Source of the DNA: Kofleriaceae bacterium
Lineage (GTDB): Bacteria > Myxococcota_A > Polyangia > Haliangiales > Haliangiaceae
Direction of reading: 5' to 3'
Length of the DNA stretch: 64,000 nt
NCBI GenBank assembly: GCA_965215005.1
Contig: CBDCCZ010000038.1
Coordinates: 132,458-196,457, forward strand
Shown: positions 12,163 to 21,503 of the stretch, piece after piece
Numbering within the stretch: position 1 is the stretch's first letter
Layout: the number at the start of each line of letters is the position of its first letter
The notes under the pieces: generated by a model
Told to the model about the DNA's origin: nothing
Seen by the model: only the letters and a program-made list of their open reading frames with translations
Database searches by the model: none
Program-made: the position numbers and the translations under genes

Positions 12163-14511
12163 GTGGAGGAACGACGTCGCGCTGCCGCACGTGCGGGCCG
12201 GGTCGCTTTCGCCTGCCCCACCTGCTCGGGCATGCACGCGGCTTCACGACATACAACGGCTTTGGCAGTGCTGATGGCGCTGGCGGCTCCGGCCGCGGCA
12301 GATTCGCCGCACGGCGCGGCGGCGGGCGATGAGGCCGCGGCAGATCAGCCGCACGACGCGGCGGCGGGCGATGACGCGGCAACGGATGGCAGCGCGGCTG
12401 CGGGCGATGACGCGGCAACGGGCGATGACGCGGCCATCGAAGAGTCGGCCGAGGCCGCTGGCGCCGAGCGCATCATTTTGTGGGGCCGCGCTCCTCGCGG
12501 CGGAGTCGGCGCGCTCGCCACCGCCGATCCAGTGCACGCGGACGCTGCGCGCGCTCTCGCCGATGCCGCGTTCGTGACCGTGGTCCGCATCGACGCGCGT
12601 GCTGACGAGACCACCTCCATCGCCGAAACGCTCTCGCAGAGCCTTGGTGTCAACGTTCGCAGTCTCGGCGGCCTTGGCGCATTCTCCTCGATATCGGTGC
12701 GTGGCGCCGATGCGGGCCACACCACCGTGCTCGTCGATGGCGTGCCGCTGTCGCGTCTTGGTTCGGTGAGCGTCGACCTCAACCGCTATGCGCTCACGTC
12801 GTTTTCGGAGCTCGAGCTGTATCGCGGTGCGGTTCCCGCAGCCCTTGGCGGCGCGGCGCTCGGCGGGGCCCTCAATCTCGTCACTCGGGTTGGCCGTCCG
12901 GCCGATGGTGAACGCGCGCGGGCCTCGGTGGGCGGCGGCTCGTTCGGCGCTCGCCACGCGCGTGGCCGCCTGCTCGCCGGCGATGTCGATGGCCGCTGGG
13001 GCGCTCATATATCCGCTGGCTATGCCGAAGCCGCGGGCGACTTCGTCTACTACAACGACAACGGTACGAATTTGGTCGCCACCGACGATCGCTACCAGCC
13101 GCGCAGCAACAACGGGTATCAGCAGCTCGATAGCGTCGCGCGTCTACGACTCGCCCTGCAGGACTGGCGCATCGAGGGCGGCGCTCGCCTGCTATGGAAG
13201 TCGCAAGGCGTTCCGGGCGCGGGCAGCATGCCTTCGAGTCGCGCCCATCTCGAGACCTTCGGACCCATCGCCGATGTCGCCCTCGAGCGCCAAGGCTTTG
13301 CTGCAGCACCCAACCTGGCGCTGCTCCTGCGCACCTACGGCTCGCTCGAGTGGCAGCATTACGACGATCGCGGCGGCGAGGTCGGCGTCGGCAGCCAAGA
13401 TCGGCGCTATCGAACCCAGAGCGTCGGCGTCATCGCCGAGCTGCGCGCGCTGCTCGGCAGCCATCGCGTGAGCGTGGCGATCGACGATCGCATCGACTGG
13501 TTTCGCGAGCGCGATCTGCTCAGTAGCACCCCGCGCACCAGTGGCCGCCGCGTCGCTGCAGCGCTCAGTGTCGCCGACGAGCTGACGCTGTTCGAGAACC
13601 GGCTGGTGGTCACGCCGGCGGTGCGGCTCGATGTCAATCATACCCAACCCGTCGCCGACTCGAGCTCGCCGGTCCAGAGCGGGCGTATGACCGAATCAGT
13701 GACCGACCTGGCGCCGAGCCCGCGGCTTGCGGCGCGCTGGTCGCTAACGCCCGCTGCGGCCCTCAAGGGCAGCGTTGGCTGGTATTTTCGCGCTCCCACC
13801 GTCTTCGAATTGTTCGGTGACCGCGGGTACATCCTCGGCAATCCGCGGCTCGAGAGTGAGACCGGTCCTTCGGCGGACCTCGGCGTGGTGTTGGCGCCGT
13901 CGCGGCCCGTCGGCATCGCCGACCGCCTCTATCTCGAGACCGCTGGCTTCGTTCGCCAGCCGCGCAACGCCATTGGCTATGTTCGCGCCAGCGGCAACGT
14001 CAGCGCCGTGGAAAATCTCGGCGACGCCCTCATCTGGGGCGTAGAGAGTGGCGCTTCGGTGCGGCTTTGGACCGCGCTCACTCTCAGCGGCAACTACACC
14101 TTGCTGGCGTCGCGTCGCGATTCGCCGGTGCTGTCGTTCGATGGCAAGCGCCTGCCGCAGCGGCCCCTGCATCAGCTCTATGGCCGCGCCGAGCTCGGCC
14201 ACTACGTCGGCGATCGATTGTTGCATCTGTGGACCGATGCGAGCTACGCCGACCAGAGCTTTCTCGACGGCGGCAATAACCTCATCGTGCCGACGCGGCG
14301 GCTGATCGGCGCCGGATTCGGCGTCGATCTCCACGCTGGCTTGCGCCTCGCCATCGAGGCCAAGAATCTGGCCGACCAGCGGACTGAGAGAGTCGATTTG
14401 GCCCGCCCTTCTATTGGCGGACCCACCAGCGTGCTGCAAGCGGTAGCGGACTTCTCCGGCTATCCGCTGCCCGGCCGCTCGTATTACCTCACCGCCGAAT
14501 GGCGGCAGTAA
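12163..14511 (+). CDS. btuB: TonB-dependent outer-membrane receptor, BtuB-like (start uncertain)
   Basis: Plug motifs SISVRG, VLVDGVPL, GGALNLVT; C-terminal NLAD..GYPLPGRSYYLTAEW; riboswitch-controlled. Confidence 0.85.
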   Translation: MEERRRAAARAGRVAFACPTCSGMHAASRHTTALAVLMALAAPAAADSPHGAAAGDEAAADQPHDAAAGDDAATDGSAAAGDDAATGDDAAIEESAEAAGAERIILWGRAPRGGVGALATADPVHADAARALADAAFVTVVRIDARADETTSIAETLSQSLGVNVRSLGGLGAFSSISVRGADAGHTTVLVDGVPLSRLGSVSVDLNRYALTSFSELELYRGAVPAALGGAALGGALNLVTRVGRPADGERARASVGGGSFGARHARGRLLAGDVDGRWGAHISAGYAEAAGDFVYYNDNGTNLVATDDRYQPRSNNGYQQLDSVARLRLALQDWRIEGGARLLWKSQGVPGAGSMPSSRAHLETFGPIADVALERQGFAAAPNLALLLRTYGSLEWQHYDDRGGEVGVGSQDRRYRTQSVGVIAELRALLGSHRVSVAIDDRIDWFRERDLLSSTPRTSGRRVAAALSVADELTLFENRLVVTPAVRLDVNHTQPVADSSSPVQSGRMTESVTDLAPSPRLAARWSLTPAAALKGSVGWYFRAPTVFELFGDRGYILGNPRLESETGPSADLGVVLAPSRPVGIADRLYLETAGFVRQPRNAIGYVRASGNVSAVENLGDALIWGVESGASVRLWTALTLSGNYTLLASRRDSPVLSFDGKRLPQRPLHQLYGRAELGHYVGDRLLHLWTDASYADQSFLDGGNNLIVPTRRLIGAGFGVDLHAGLRLAIEAKNLADQRTERVDLARPSIGGPTSVLQAVADFSGYPLPGRSYYLTAEWRQ
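12300..12435 (+). repeat. Low-complexity AAAGDD/GDDAA coding repeats in receptor N-terminus
   Basis: Repeated GGCGATGACGCGGC units. Confidence 0.6.
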
Positions 14512-14523
14512 CCATTAGGAGTC

Positions 14524-15684
14524 TTGCGTATGTTCATTCGTCTTTTTGCGTGTAGTTCTCTCGTGCTCGCGCTCATGACCGCTTGCGGCGATGACACCGT
14601 CGATAGCGGCGCTGGCGATGATCGTGCCGATGCCGGCACCGACCCCGGTGACGACACGGGCGATGGCGGCGTCATGGCTGAGAGTGCGACCATCTTCGCG
14701 CTCGGCAGAGATGGCTCGGCCGGCATCGCCAGCACGATCAGCGTTCCCGCTCTCGAGGTCACCCGCGACGTGGTCTCCGGCGTCGCCTCGAGTGATGCGG
14801 TGGTGCGCAAAGACGGCTCGCGCCTCTACGTCATCAATCGCTTCAGCTTCAACAACGTGACTGTTCTCGATGCAGCCGATTACTCGCTGATCGCGCAGTT
14901 CTCCACCGGCAACGACAGCAACCCCCAGGACCTGGCTGTGGTGGGTGATTCGCTTTATATCGCTGCGTTCGGCGCTTCGAGCTTGCTCATCGTCGATGCC
15001 GGCAACCTCGCGGCCGGCGTCGCGGCCGAGGTCGACTTGTCGGCGCTCGATCCTGACGGCAAGCCCAACTGCAATTCGGTTCTTGCCGTGGATGATCGCG
15101 TCTACGTCGCCTGCGGTCTTCTCGACGAGAACTTCGCGCCGCGCGGCAACGGCAAGATCGCCGTCATCGACACCAACACCAACGAGCTGGTGGAAACGCT
15201 CGAGCTCAGCACCCCCAACCCCTTTGGCTCACTGATGCTCGTCGACGACGCGAGCACCCTGTCCCCTACCATCTTGATTCCCACCGTCACCGATTTCTCG
15301 AACCCGATGACGGGCTGCATCGAGAAAATCACTGCCGGACCAACACCGAAGGCCGATGGTTGCTTGGTGGACAACGCGACGCTGGGTGGTTTCGTCGGCG
15401 GCATGGAGAGCATCGGCGAGCGACTCTGGTTGGTGGTCACGTACTACGGCGATTCGGGCCCCGTGGGTAGCTTGCACACGTACGACCTGGCCACGGGCAC
15501 GTACTCGGCGTCGCTTTCTCCAGACTCGCAGATCCTGCAGGGATTGGCTCGTTGCCCCACCGGTGAGGTGGTCGTTGCCGATACCGCAGGCGGCCTTCGC
15601 GTCTACGAGGACGACGGCACCGAAATGACCTCGGCGCCGCTCGACCTCGGCTTGCCGCCCGCCGGTAGCATGGTCTGCTACTGA
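14524..15684 (+). CDS. Beta-propeller lipoprotein (YncE/BtuG-like)
   Basis: Lipobox LMTAC, acidic linker and repeated blade motifs ([26 protein letters not shown]); follows btuB after a 12-bp gap with AGGAG. Confidence 0.75.
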   Translation: MRMFIRLFACSSLVLALMTACGDDTVDSGAGDDRADAGTDPGDDTGDGGVMAESATIFALGRDGSAGIASTISVPALEVTRDVVSGVASSDAVVRKDGSRLYVINRFSFNNVTVLDAADYSLIAQFSTGNDSNPQDLAVVGDSLYIAAFGASSLLIVDAGNLAAGVAAEVDLSALDPDGKPNCNSVLAVDDRVYVACGLLDENFAPRGNGKIAVIDTNTNELVETLELSTPNPFGSLMLVDDASTLSPTILIPTVTDFSNPMTGCIEKITAGPTPKADGCLVDNATLGGFVGGMESIGERLWLVVTYYGDSGPVGSLHTYDLATGTYSASLSPDSQILQGLARCPTGEVVVADTAGGLRVYEDDGTEMTSAPLDLGLPPAGSMVCY

Positions 15685-16547
15685 GCAGGAGGCGTTGCTG
15701 CGGGAGGCGTTGCTGCGGGAGGCGTTGCTGCAGGAGGCGTTACTGCAGGAGGCTTCGTCGCGGGAGGCGTTGCTGCAGGAGGCTTCGTCGCGGGAGGCGT
15801 TGCCGCAGGAGGCGTGGCGCGCACGCAGAACGCCTCGGCGGTCACCTCGAGCTCGTCGTCTTCTGCGACGTTGCGATAATCGCAGCGCCAGCCGCCCGCG
15901 ACGTTTGAATCGGCGATAGCCAGCGGTCGGGCGCTGAGGAGCTGCGCGAGCCACATCGGCTGCGCGTAGCAGCCGCCGGTGATGAGCAGGTCGGTGGCGC
16001 GGTCGCAGCGGGCAATGGCCGAGGCCATCCGCTGCGCCGCAACCCGCACTCGATGCTCGCGACGCACCAGGTCGGCTTTCTGCGCGTAGGCGCCTGGTGG
16101 TCCCGGTGGTCCAGCGGGACCTTGCACGCCTTGCGGCCCTTGCAGCCCCTGCGGTCCCTGCAGCCCTTGCACGCCTTGCGGCCCGGCCGCACCCGACGGG
16201 CCGCGATCGCCGATTGGCCCCGCGGGACCTTCTGACCCTGGCGGTCCCAGCGGTCCTTCGGGCCCTTGCACGCCTTGCGGCCCTGGCGGTCCTTGTGGTC
16301 CTGGCGGCCCGACGGGACCGCGCACTCCGGCGTCGGCAGGTAGCGCCGCGAGCGCCGCGGCGACCCGCTCGGCAGCCACGTCGCCTCGCACCTCGAGCGC
16401 TGCTACGCGCGCTTGCAGCGCGGCCACGAGCTCGACCGCCGGCGTTGCCTGTTGCGGCGCAATGACTCCAGCATCGCCCGGGCTGGATGCAGGCGAAGGC
16501 GTGCAGCCGCCCATGATCAATGCAATGGCTGCCGCCAGCGGCTTCAT
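15678..16547 (-). CDS. Collagen-like lipoprotein with Cys-containing C-terminal domain and (A/V)TPPA tail
   Basis: Signal ending GGC, about 26 Gly-X-Y triplets (GPPGPQ..), C..GGC..WRC..AFC domain. Confidence 0.8.
   Translation of the reverse strand: MKPLAAAIALIMGGCTPSPASSPGDAGVIAPQQATPAVELVAALQARVAALEVRGDVAAERVAAALAALPADAGVRGPVGPPGPQGPPGPQGVQGPEGPLGPPGSEGPAGPIGDRGPSGAAGPQGVQGLQGPQGLQGPQGVQGPAGPPGPPGAYAQKADLVRREHRVRVAAQRMASAIARCDRATDLLITGGCYAQPMWLAQLLSARPLAIADSNVAGGWRCDYRNVAEDDELEVTAEAFCVRATPPAATPPATKPPAATPPATKPPAVTPPAATPPAATPPAATPPAQ
15685..15815 (-). repeat. About 15-bp tandem coding repeats (ATPPA/ATKPPA)
   Basis: GC(A/G)GGAGGCGTTGCT units on the + strand. Confidence 0.8.
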
Positions 16548-16654
16548 CGACAGCCATCCTAGCAACTCGTTCACCAGCTGCTGCAAATCGGCACCGCGCG
16601 CATGTCATTTGCGCCGGCGCTCCGGTAGGCTCGCCGCTCTCGCAGAGCAACGCC

Positions 16655-17314
16655 ATGAGTGATTTGACCTTTCCCCAAGGCCCCGACCTCACCGTAACCG
16701 CCCTCTCGCTGGCCGTCGATCATCGAGCGCGCCCGCAGATCATGCGTGGGCTCGCGCCGGTGTTGCCGGCCGACGCCGCGGCCGCCGATCCCGCGGCGCT
16801 GCGCGCGCTGCTTCATCAGTTTGGCCGCGTGCTGCGCCAGTATCGCGAGGCATGGCGCATGGCTGGCGTCGTCAAGCTCGGCACCATGCAGCCCGAAGAA
16901 GCCGAGCATCGCTACCGAGGGCTGCTGGCCGAGCTTTCCGCGCGCGGCAGCAAAGAGCGGCTGCAAGAGCTTCCGAGTGGCGCCGATCCGGTGTCCGTCG
17001 TGACCTGCGCGGTCGCCTCGCGCGATGAGCTCATCGATATTCGCGACGTCGCCGACCGCGAGCGGGTGCGCGCCAGTCTCGAGGTCTACTCGTGGGTGAG
17101 CCAGTGGCCTATGGTCGCCGCGGCCGTGGTTTGGACGCCGCCTCAGGACAACACCAGCCTAGCCGCCGCCGCCGCGAGCATGTTGTTTCCTGAGCTCGTG
17201 CCGCTCCATGGCGTCACGTTTCAAGATCAGCGGCACTGCTCGGTCTGCGGCAGCCCCCAATTCGCCCTGTTCTCGCGCTGCTCGCGCTGCGGCGCCAGCG
17301 CCGCCGCCTCGTAA
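16655..17314 (+). CDS. Hypothetical protein with C-terminal zinc ribbon
   Basis: C-terminal CSVCG...CSRCG; codon pattern typical of real genes here. Confidence 0.6.
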   Translation: MSDLTFPQGPDLTVTALSLAVDHRARPQIMRGLAPVLPADAAAADPAALRALLHQFGRVLRQYREAWRMAGVVKLGTMQPEEAEHRYRGLLAELSARGSKERLQELPSGADPVSVVTCAVASRDELIDIRDVADRERVRASLEVYSWVSQWPMVAAAVVWTPPQDNTSLAAAAASMLFPELVPLHGVTFQDQRHCSVCGSPQFALFSRCSRCGASAAAS

Positions 17315-17431
17315 TTCGCGCGTCTGCTGCGACGGAGTTTCCACCGCGAGAGCCGGATATCCAGACCCGGGAGCTGCACGCCGGCGCACGCAAAAGTTGC
17401 CCTTCGTCCCGGGACTCGCTACGACCAACCC

Positions 17432-18211
17432 ATGATCGAGCTGGTGGGGGTTGCCGCGCGCTCGCTCGCGGGTATCGATCTGGCCGTCGCCGAGGGCCAG
17501 ATAGCACTGCTCTTTGGTCCCGCCGGAGCCGGCAAGACCACGCTCTTGTCGCTGCTCATCGGGGCACTGCGCGCAGACCATGGCGAAGTTCTGGTGTTTG
17601 GCCGCGACGTCGGGAAGCTGCGTCGTTCTTCCGTCGCGTTATTGCGCCGTGCCGTTGGCGTCTTGCCCGAAGACCAGCAGCTCATTGCCGAGCTTTCGGC
17701 TCTGGCGAACGTGGCCGTGCCCTTGGAAATCCTGGCGCTGCCGCGCCGCGAGCTGCGCACCCGGGCGGTGGAGTCGCTGGCGCGGCTCGGTATCGCCGAG
17801 GTCGACGCTCCAGTTCGCAGTCTATCGGCAGGCGAGCGGCAACGCGTGGCCATCGCGCGAGCCATCGTCGCCGAGCCGGCGCTGCTGGTGCTCGATGAGC
17901 CCACCGCGCACCTTGGCCCGGCCGACGCTGACCATGTGATTGGCCTCCTCGCCGAGCAGAGCGCTGCCGGCGTCACCGTCGTCGCGGCCACCACCGATGC
18001 GCGGCTTTTTGAAGTGGCGGCGCTGTGTGATTGGCGGCGGTTCGAGCTCGATCACGGCATCGCGTGCGAGCTGCGTGCTCCTGCCGCGCACGTCGTAAAG
18101 AGCGGCGAATCCTCCAGCGACTCGTCCCTCGATCGCGACAAGCCAGCCGGAGGCGCGTCCGGTGTGGTGATGTTTCCGTTGTCTGCGCGCGCCCATGGGA
18201 GCTCCGAATGA
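17432..18211 (+). CDS. ftsE: Cell division ATP-binding protein FtsE-like
   Basis: GPAGAGKTT, LRRAVGVLPED, LSAGERQRVAIARA, LDEPT; upstream of ftsX. Confidence 0.8.
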   Translation: MIELVGVAARSLAGIDLAVAEGQIALLFGPAGAGKTTLLSLLIGALRADHGEVLVFGRDVGKLRRSSVALLRRAVGVLPEDQQLIAELSALANVAVPLEILALPRRELRTRAVESLARLGIAEVDAPVRSLSAGERQRVAIARAIVAEPALLVLDEPTAHLGPADADHVIGLLAEQSAAGVTVVAATTDARLFEVAALCDWRRFELDHGIACELRAPAAHVVKSGESSSDSSLDRDKPAGGASGVVMFPLSARAHGSSE

Positions 18212-18374
18212 AACCGTGGCTACATCGCCATTCGCCCGCCAGCTCGTCTACAGCCTCTCTAGAGGCCAATGAGGCCGCCGCCCGGCGCGACTTGCCCGCC
18301 GAGGTCATCGACCTCAGTGCCGGGGCGTTCGAGCAGCGTTTTCCCACGCTGGCCAAACGGCGACGGAGCTAAGT

Positions 18375-19277
18375 TTGCACCGGCGGCTTCGCGTCGTTGG
18401 CTACGGCATCGGCCGCGTGTTTTCCTCGCTGCGTAGACGTCGCCGTCGCGCGATCGGGTTCGTCCTTGCCGTTGCCGTGACGCTCTCGGTGATCGCGCTG
18501 GCTCGCCTCGCAGACCGCAACTTGCAAGCGATGACGAGACGCTTTGGTGGCGCGCAGATGATCGTCTACCTCGAGTACGGCACCACCGCGCCTCATGCGG
18601 AGCGCATCGCAGAGGTGCTGCGCGGGCTTGGCGGCATCGAGCGCGTCGAGCTTGTCGATCCCGAGGGCGCGATGGAACGGCTCCGCAGCTCACTCGGTGA
18701 GCACGACGAGCTGCTCACGTCCCTCGAGGCGGGTCTATTGCCCGCTTCCATCGAGGTCACCTTGGGCGAGGGCATTCGCGATGTCGCTGCGGCTCATCCT
18801 ATCGTCGAAAAACTGGCCTCAACGCCGCGGGTCGAAGAGGTCGAGTTCATCGGAGAATGGGTCGAGCAGGTCACCACGCTGTTTGCCGCGCTGCGCCGCG
18901 CTTTGGAGCTGGTGATGCTTCTGGTTGCGGTCGGCGGCGGCTGCGTCGCCATCGTGCTGCTCGCCAATGGAGTTCGCGGTCGCAACCGTGAGCATCGCGT
19001 GTGGGAGCTTTGCGGCGCGACGCCGAGCTTCTATCGCGTTCCGCTGCTTTTCGAGGCCAGCCTGCTCGGAGCCGTCGCCGCGGCGCTTGCCCTGGTGCTC
19101 ACGTGGCTCCTCTACGCATGGCTTGGCGCCGAGGTTGCTGCGGCGCTGTCGGCGGCATTTGGCCGCATCACGGTGCAGTTCCTGCCTGTGCTCGACATGT
19201 TGCTACTGCTCGCCGCTGGCGCCGCGCTCGGCGCCGTTGCAAGTCGCCTGGGTGCTCACGTCGATGCGGGTGATTAG
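18375..19277 (+). CDS. ftsX: Cell division permease FtsX
   Basis: TM1, periplasmic domain (MIVYL, LPASIEV), ELCGATPSFYRVPLLFE and further TMs; TTG start with GGAG. Confidence 0.8.
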   Translation: MHRRLRVVGYGIGRVFSSLRRRRRRAIGFVLAVAVTLSVIALARLADRNLQAMTRRFGGAQMIVYLEYGTTAPHAERIAEVLRGLGGIERVELVDPEGAMERLRSSLGEHDELLTSLEAGLLPASIEVTLGEGIRDVAAAHPIVEKLASTPRVEEVEFIGEWVEQVTTLFAALRRALELVMLLVAVGGGCVAIVLLANGVRGRNREHRVWELCGATPSFYRVPLLFEASLLGAVAAALALVLTWLLYAWLGAEVAAALSAAFGRITVQFLPVLDMLLLLAAGAALGAVASRLGAHVDAGD

Positions 19278-20046
19278 CGCGTTACTCGGCTTGAGCATGC
19301 TCGTCGCGGCAGCGCACGCAGCGCCGCCTCGAGAGCTCCGCGCTGAGGTCGACGCAGCACTCGAGGCGCAGCTGCGGGTCCTGGAGCGCACCGAAGCACT
19401 GCTGCGCGACAAGCTCGATTCTCGCCGCCAGGACGTCCGCCGTCGCGCGCGCACGACCTACAAGCTGTTGCGAGCCGGCAGCGCGCCCTTGTGGGTGGAT
19501 GCGCGCGAGCGCGGTCGCACGGTGCGGCGTCGGGCGGCGGCCCGTCGCATCTTGGTGCGCGACCTGTACGAGACGGAGCTGTTGGTCGACGAGCTCGACA
19601 CCGTGCTGTCGGCGCGCGCTCGGTTGCAGCGGGATCGAGCGCGTCTCGAAGCGCTCACGCTACCAGCGCCGGCGAGCCTGCATCCGCCCGCCGAGGGACG
19701 CATCGTTCGACGCTTCGGCACCTACACCCACGGCTCCGGGGCGCTGCTGTCGTCATCAGGAATCGAGCTGCGCGTGAGCCCAGGCGCGCAGGTGCGTGCG
19801 CCGAGCGCAGCAACCGTGGTGTACGCCGGGCCCCTTCGCCAGCTCGGCTTCGGCGTGGTGCTCGATCATGGCAGCTACTACACCGTGCTCGGGCGCGTGC
19901 AGCCAACAGCACAGGCAGGAGCGCACCTCGCGCGTGGCGCGATCGTTGGGACCGCTACGGCCGATTCTCTGGCTTTCGAGGTGCGCCTAAAGGTAGGCGC
20001 CGGTGGTACCCCGATCGATCCAGCGCCGCTGCTCGGCGATCCGTAA
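19264..20046 (+). CDS. EnvC-like coiled-coil plus degenerate M23 peptidase
   Basis: Signal peptide, coiled coil, GIEL, VRAP, LDHG and IDP motifs; lacks the HxxxD/HxH Zn ligands, as in EnvC. Confidence 0.75.
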   Translation: MRVISALLGLSMLVAAAHAAPPRELRAEVDAALEAQLRVLERTEALLRDKLDSRRQDVRRRARTTYKLLRAGSAPLWVDARERGRTVRRRAAARRILVRDLYETELLVDELDTVLSARARLQRDRARLEALTLPAPASLHPPAEGRIVRRFGTYTHGSGALLSSSGIELRVSPGAQVRAPSAATVVYAGPLRQLGFGVVLDHGSYYTVLGRVQPTAQAGAHLARGAIVGTATADSLAFEVRLKVGAGGTPIDPAPLLGDP

Positions 20047-20074
20047 CACCTGCTCATCATCTATACTCGCAACG

Positions 20075-21355
20075 GTGCGCCGCCGCCTCGCGACTCACGC
20101 CGCCTGTTTCGTCGCCGGAATGGTCGTTGCGACCGCTGCCATCTCTTCGGCGGTGCCGCGCGGGGAAGACGGCGTCGACCGCTACCATACGCTCGACACC
20201 TTCGCCCAAGCGTTGGCCTACATCGCCAACGATTACGTCGAGCCGCTCGATGAGCGCTCGCTCATCTATGGCGCTGTCGATGGCATGGTGGCGCGGCTCG
20301 ATGAGCATTCAGCGTTCTTGCCGCCGCGAAAATACGAGCGTTTGCGGCAGGACACGGATGGCGAGTTTGCCGGTGTTGGCCTCAGCCTGGCCGCCGGCAA
20401 TGGCAACGGCGCGCCAATCATTGAAGAGATTGCGCCCGCCTCACCAGCGGCGCGCGCCGGGTTACGCGCCGGCGATCACGTCATCGCCATCGATGGCCGC
20501 GTCATCGATGCGCAGCGGCGCGCCAAGACGTTGCACTCGGCGCTGCGCGGTCCACTCGGCTCGCGCGTGGAATTGCTGGTGAGTCGTCCGCGGTGGCAAA
20601 AACCGCGAACATTCACGCTGGTTCGCGAGCGCATCAAGGTGCCCAGCGTGCAGCACGAGGTGCTTGCAGATGGCGTTGGCTACATCGCGTTGCGGCGCTT
20701 TCAGGAAGCGAGCTCGGCGGACGTCGTCGCCGCATTGCGCGAGCTGCGCGCGCAGCACGGGCTACGCGCGTTGATTCTCGATCTGCGCGGCAACCCCGGC
20801 GGGCTCCTCGAGCAAGCGGTGCGTGTCGCCGACCTGTTCATCGATAGCGGCACCATCGTGACGATCAAAGGGCGGCAGCGGCGGCGCATCGAGGTGCAAA
20901 ACGCCCATGCCGGCGGCACCTGGCAAGGGTTCCCAATGGTTGTGATGATCGATGCCGGGTCCGCCTCGGCGGCCGAAATCGTCGCGGGCGCGCTGCAAGA
21001 TCATCGACGCGCGATGGTGCTAGGCGAGCCGAGCTACGGCAAGGGATCGGTGCAGACCTTCCTCGACCTGCGCGACGGCAGTGGCCTCAAGCTCACCACT
21101 GCCCGGTATTTCACGCCCTCGGGAAAGAGCTTGGAAGGTGCGGGAATCCAACCGGATCTGGCGGTCGAGGCGTTCGCTGCCGAGACCATCGTTGTCAAAC
21201 GCCGTGGTCACGGTAGCGCCGCACCGAAGGAAGGTCGCGCCACCGCTGGCGAAGTCGGCGAGAAAGATGCGAAACTGCTGGCTCTGCTGCAGCGCGATCA
21301 TCAACTCTCGGTGGCCTATCAAACCGCCCATCGTTGGCTCGAGGCCGCGAACTGA
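20075..21355 (+). CDS. ctpA: S41 carboxy-terminal processing protease
   Basis: PDZ domain, DLRGNPGG, SASAAEI, SYGKGSVQ, LTTARYFTPSG. Confidence 0.9.
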   Translation: MRRRLATHAACFVAGMVVATAAISSAVPRGEDGVDRYHTLDTFAQALAYIANDYVEPLDERSLIYGAVDGMVARLDEHSAFLPPRKYERLRQDTDGEFAGVGLSLAAGNGNGAPIIEEIAPASPAARAGLRAGDHVIAIDGRVIDAQRRAKTLHSALRGPLGSRVELLVSRPRWQKPRTFTLVRERIKVPSVQHEVLADGVGYIALRRFQEASSADVVAALRELRAQHGLRALILDLRGNPGGLLEQAVRVADLFIDSGTIVTIKGRQRRRIEVQNAHAGGTWQGFPMVVMIDAGSASAAEIVAGALQDHRRAMVLGEPSYGKGSVQTFLDLRDGSGLKLTTARYFTPSGKSLEGAGIQPDLAVEAFAAETIVVKRRGHGSAAPKEGRATAGEVGEKDAKLLALLQRDHQLSVAYQTAHRWLEAAN

Positions 21356-21503
21356 CGATGTACGTCTGTTTTGGAGTCAGTGCGACGACGCGCGGCGCGT
21401 GCGCGGTCACGCGGTGGCGAAAGTTCGCCGCACTCATTGACACTCCTCACTCGGAATTCTTAGCCTTTCCAATGATTTGGTGAGCGCGGGGAGTCCCGGA
21501 GGC

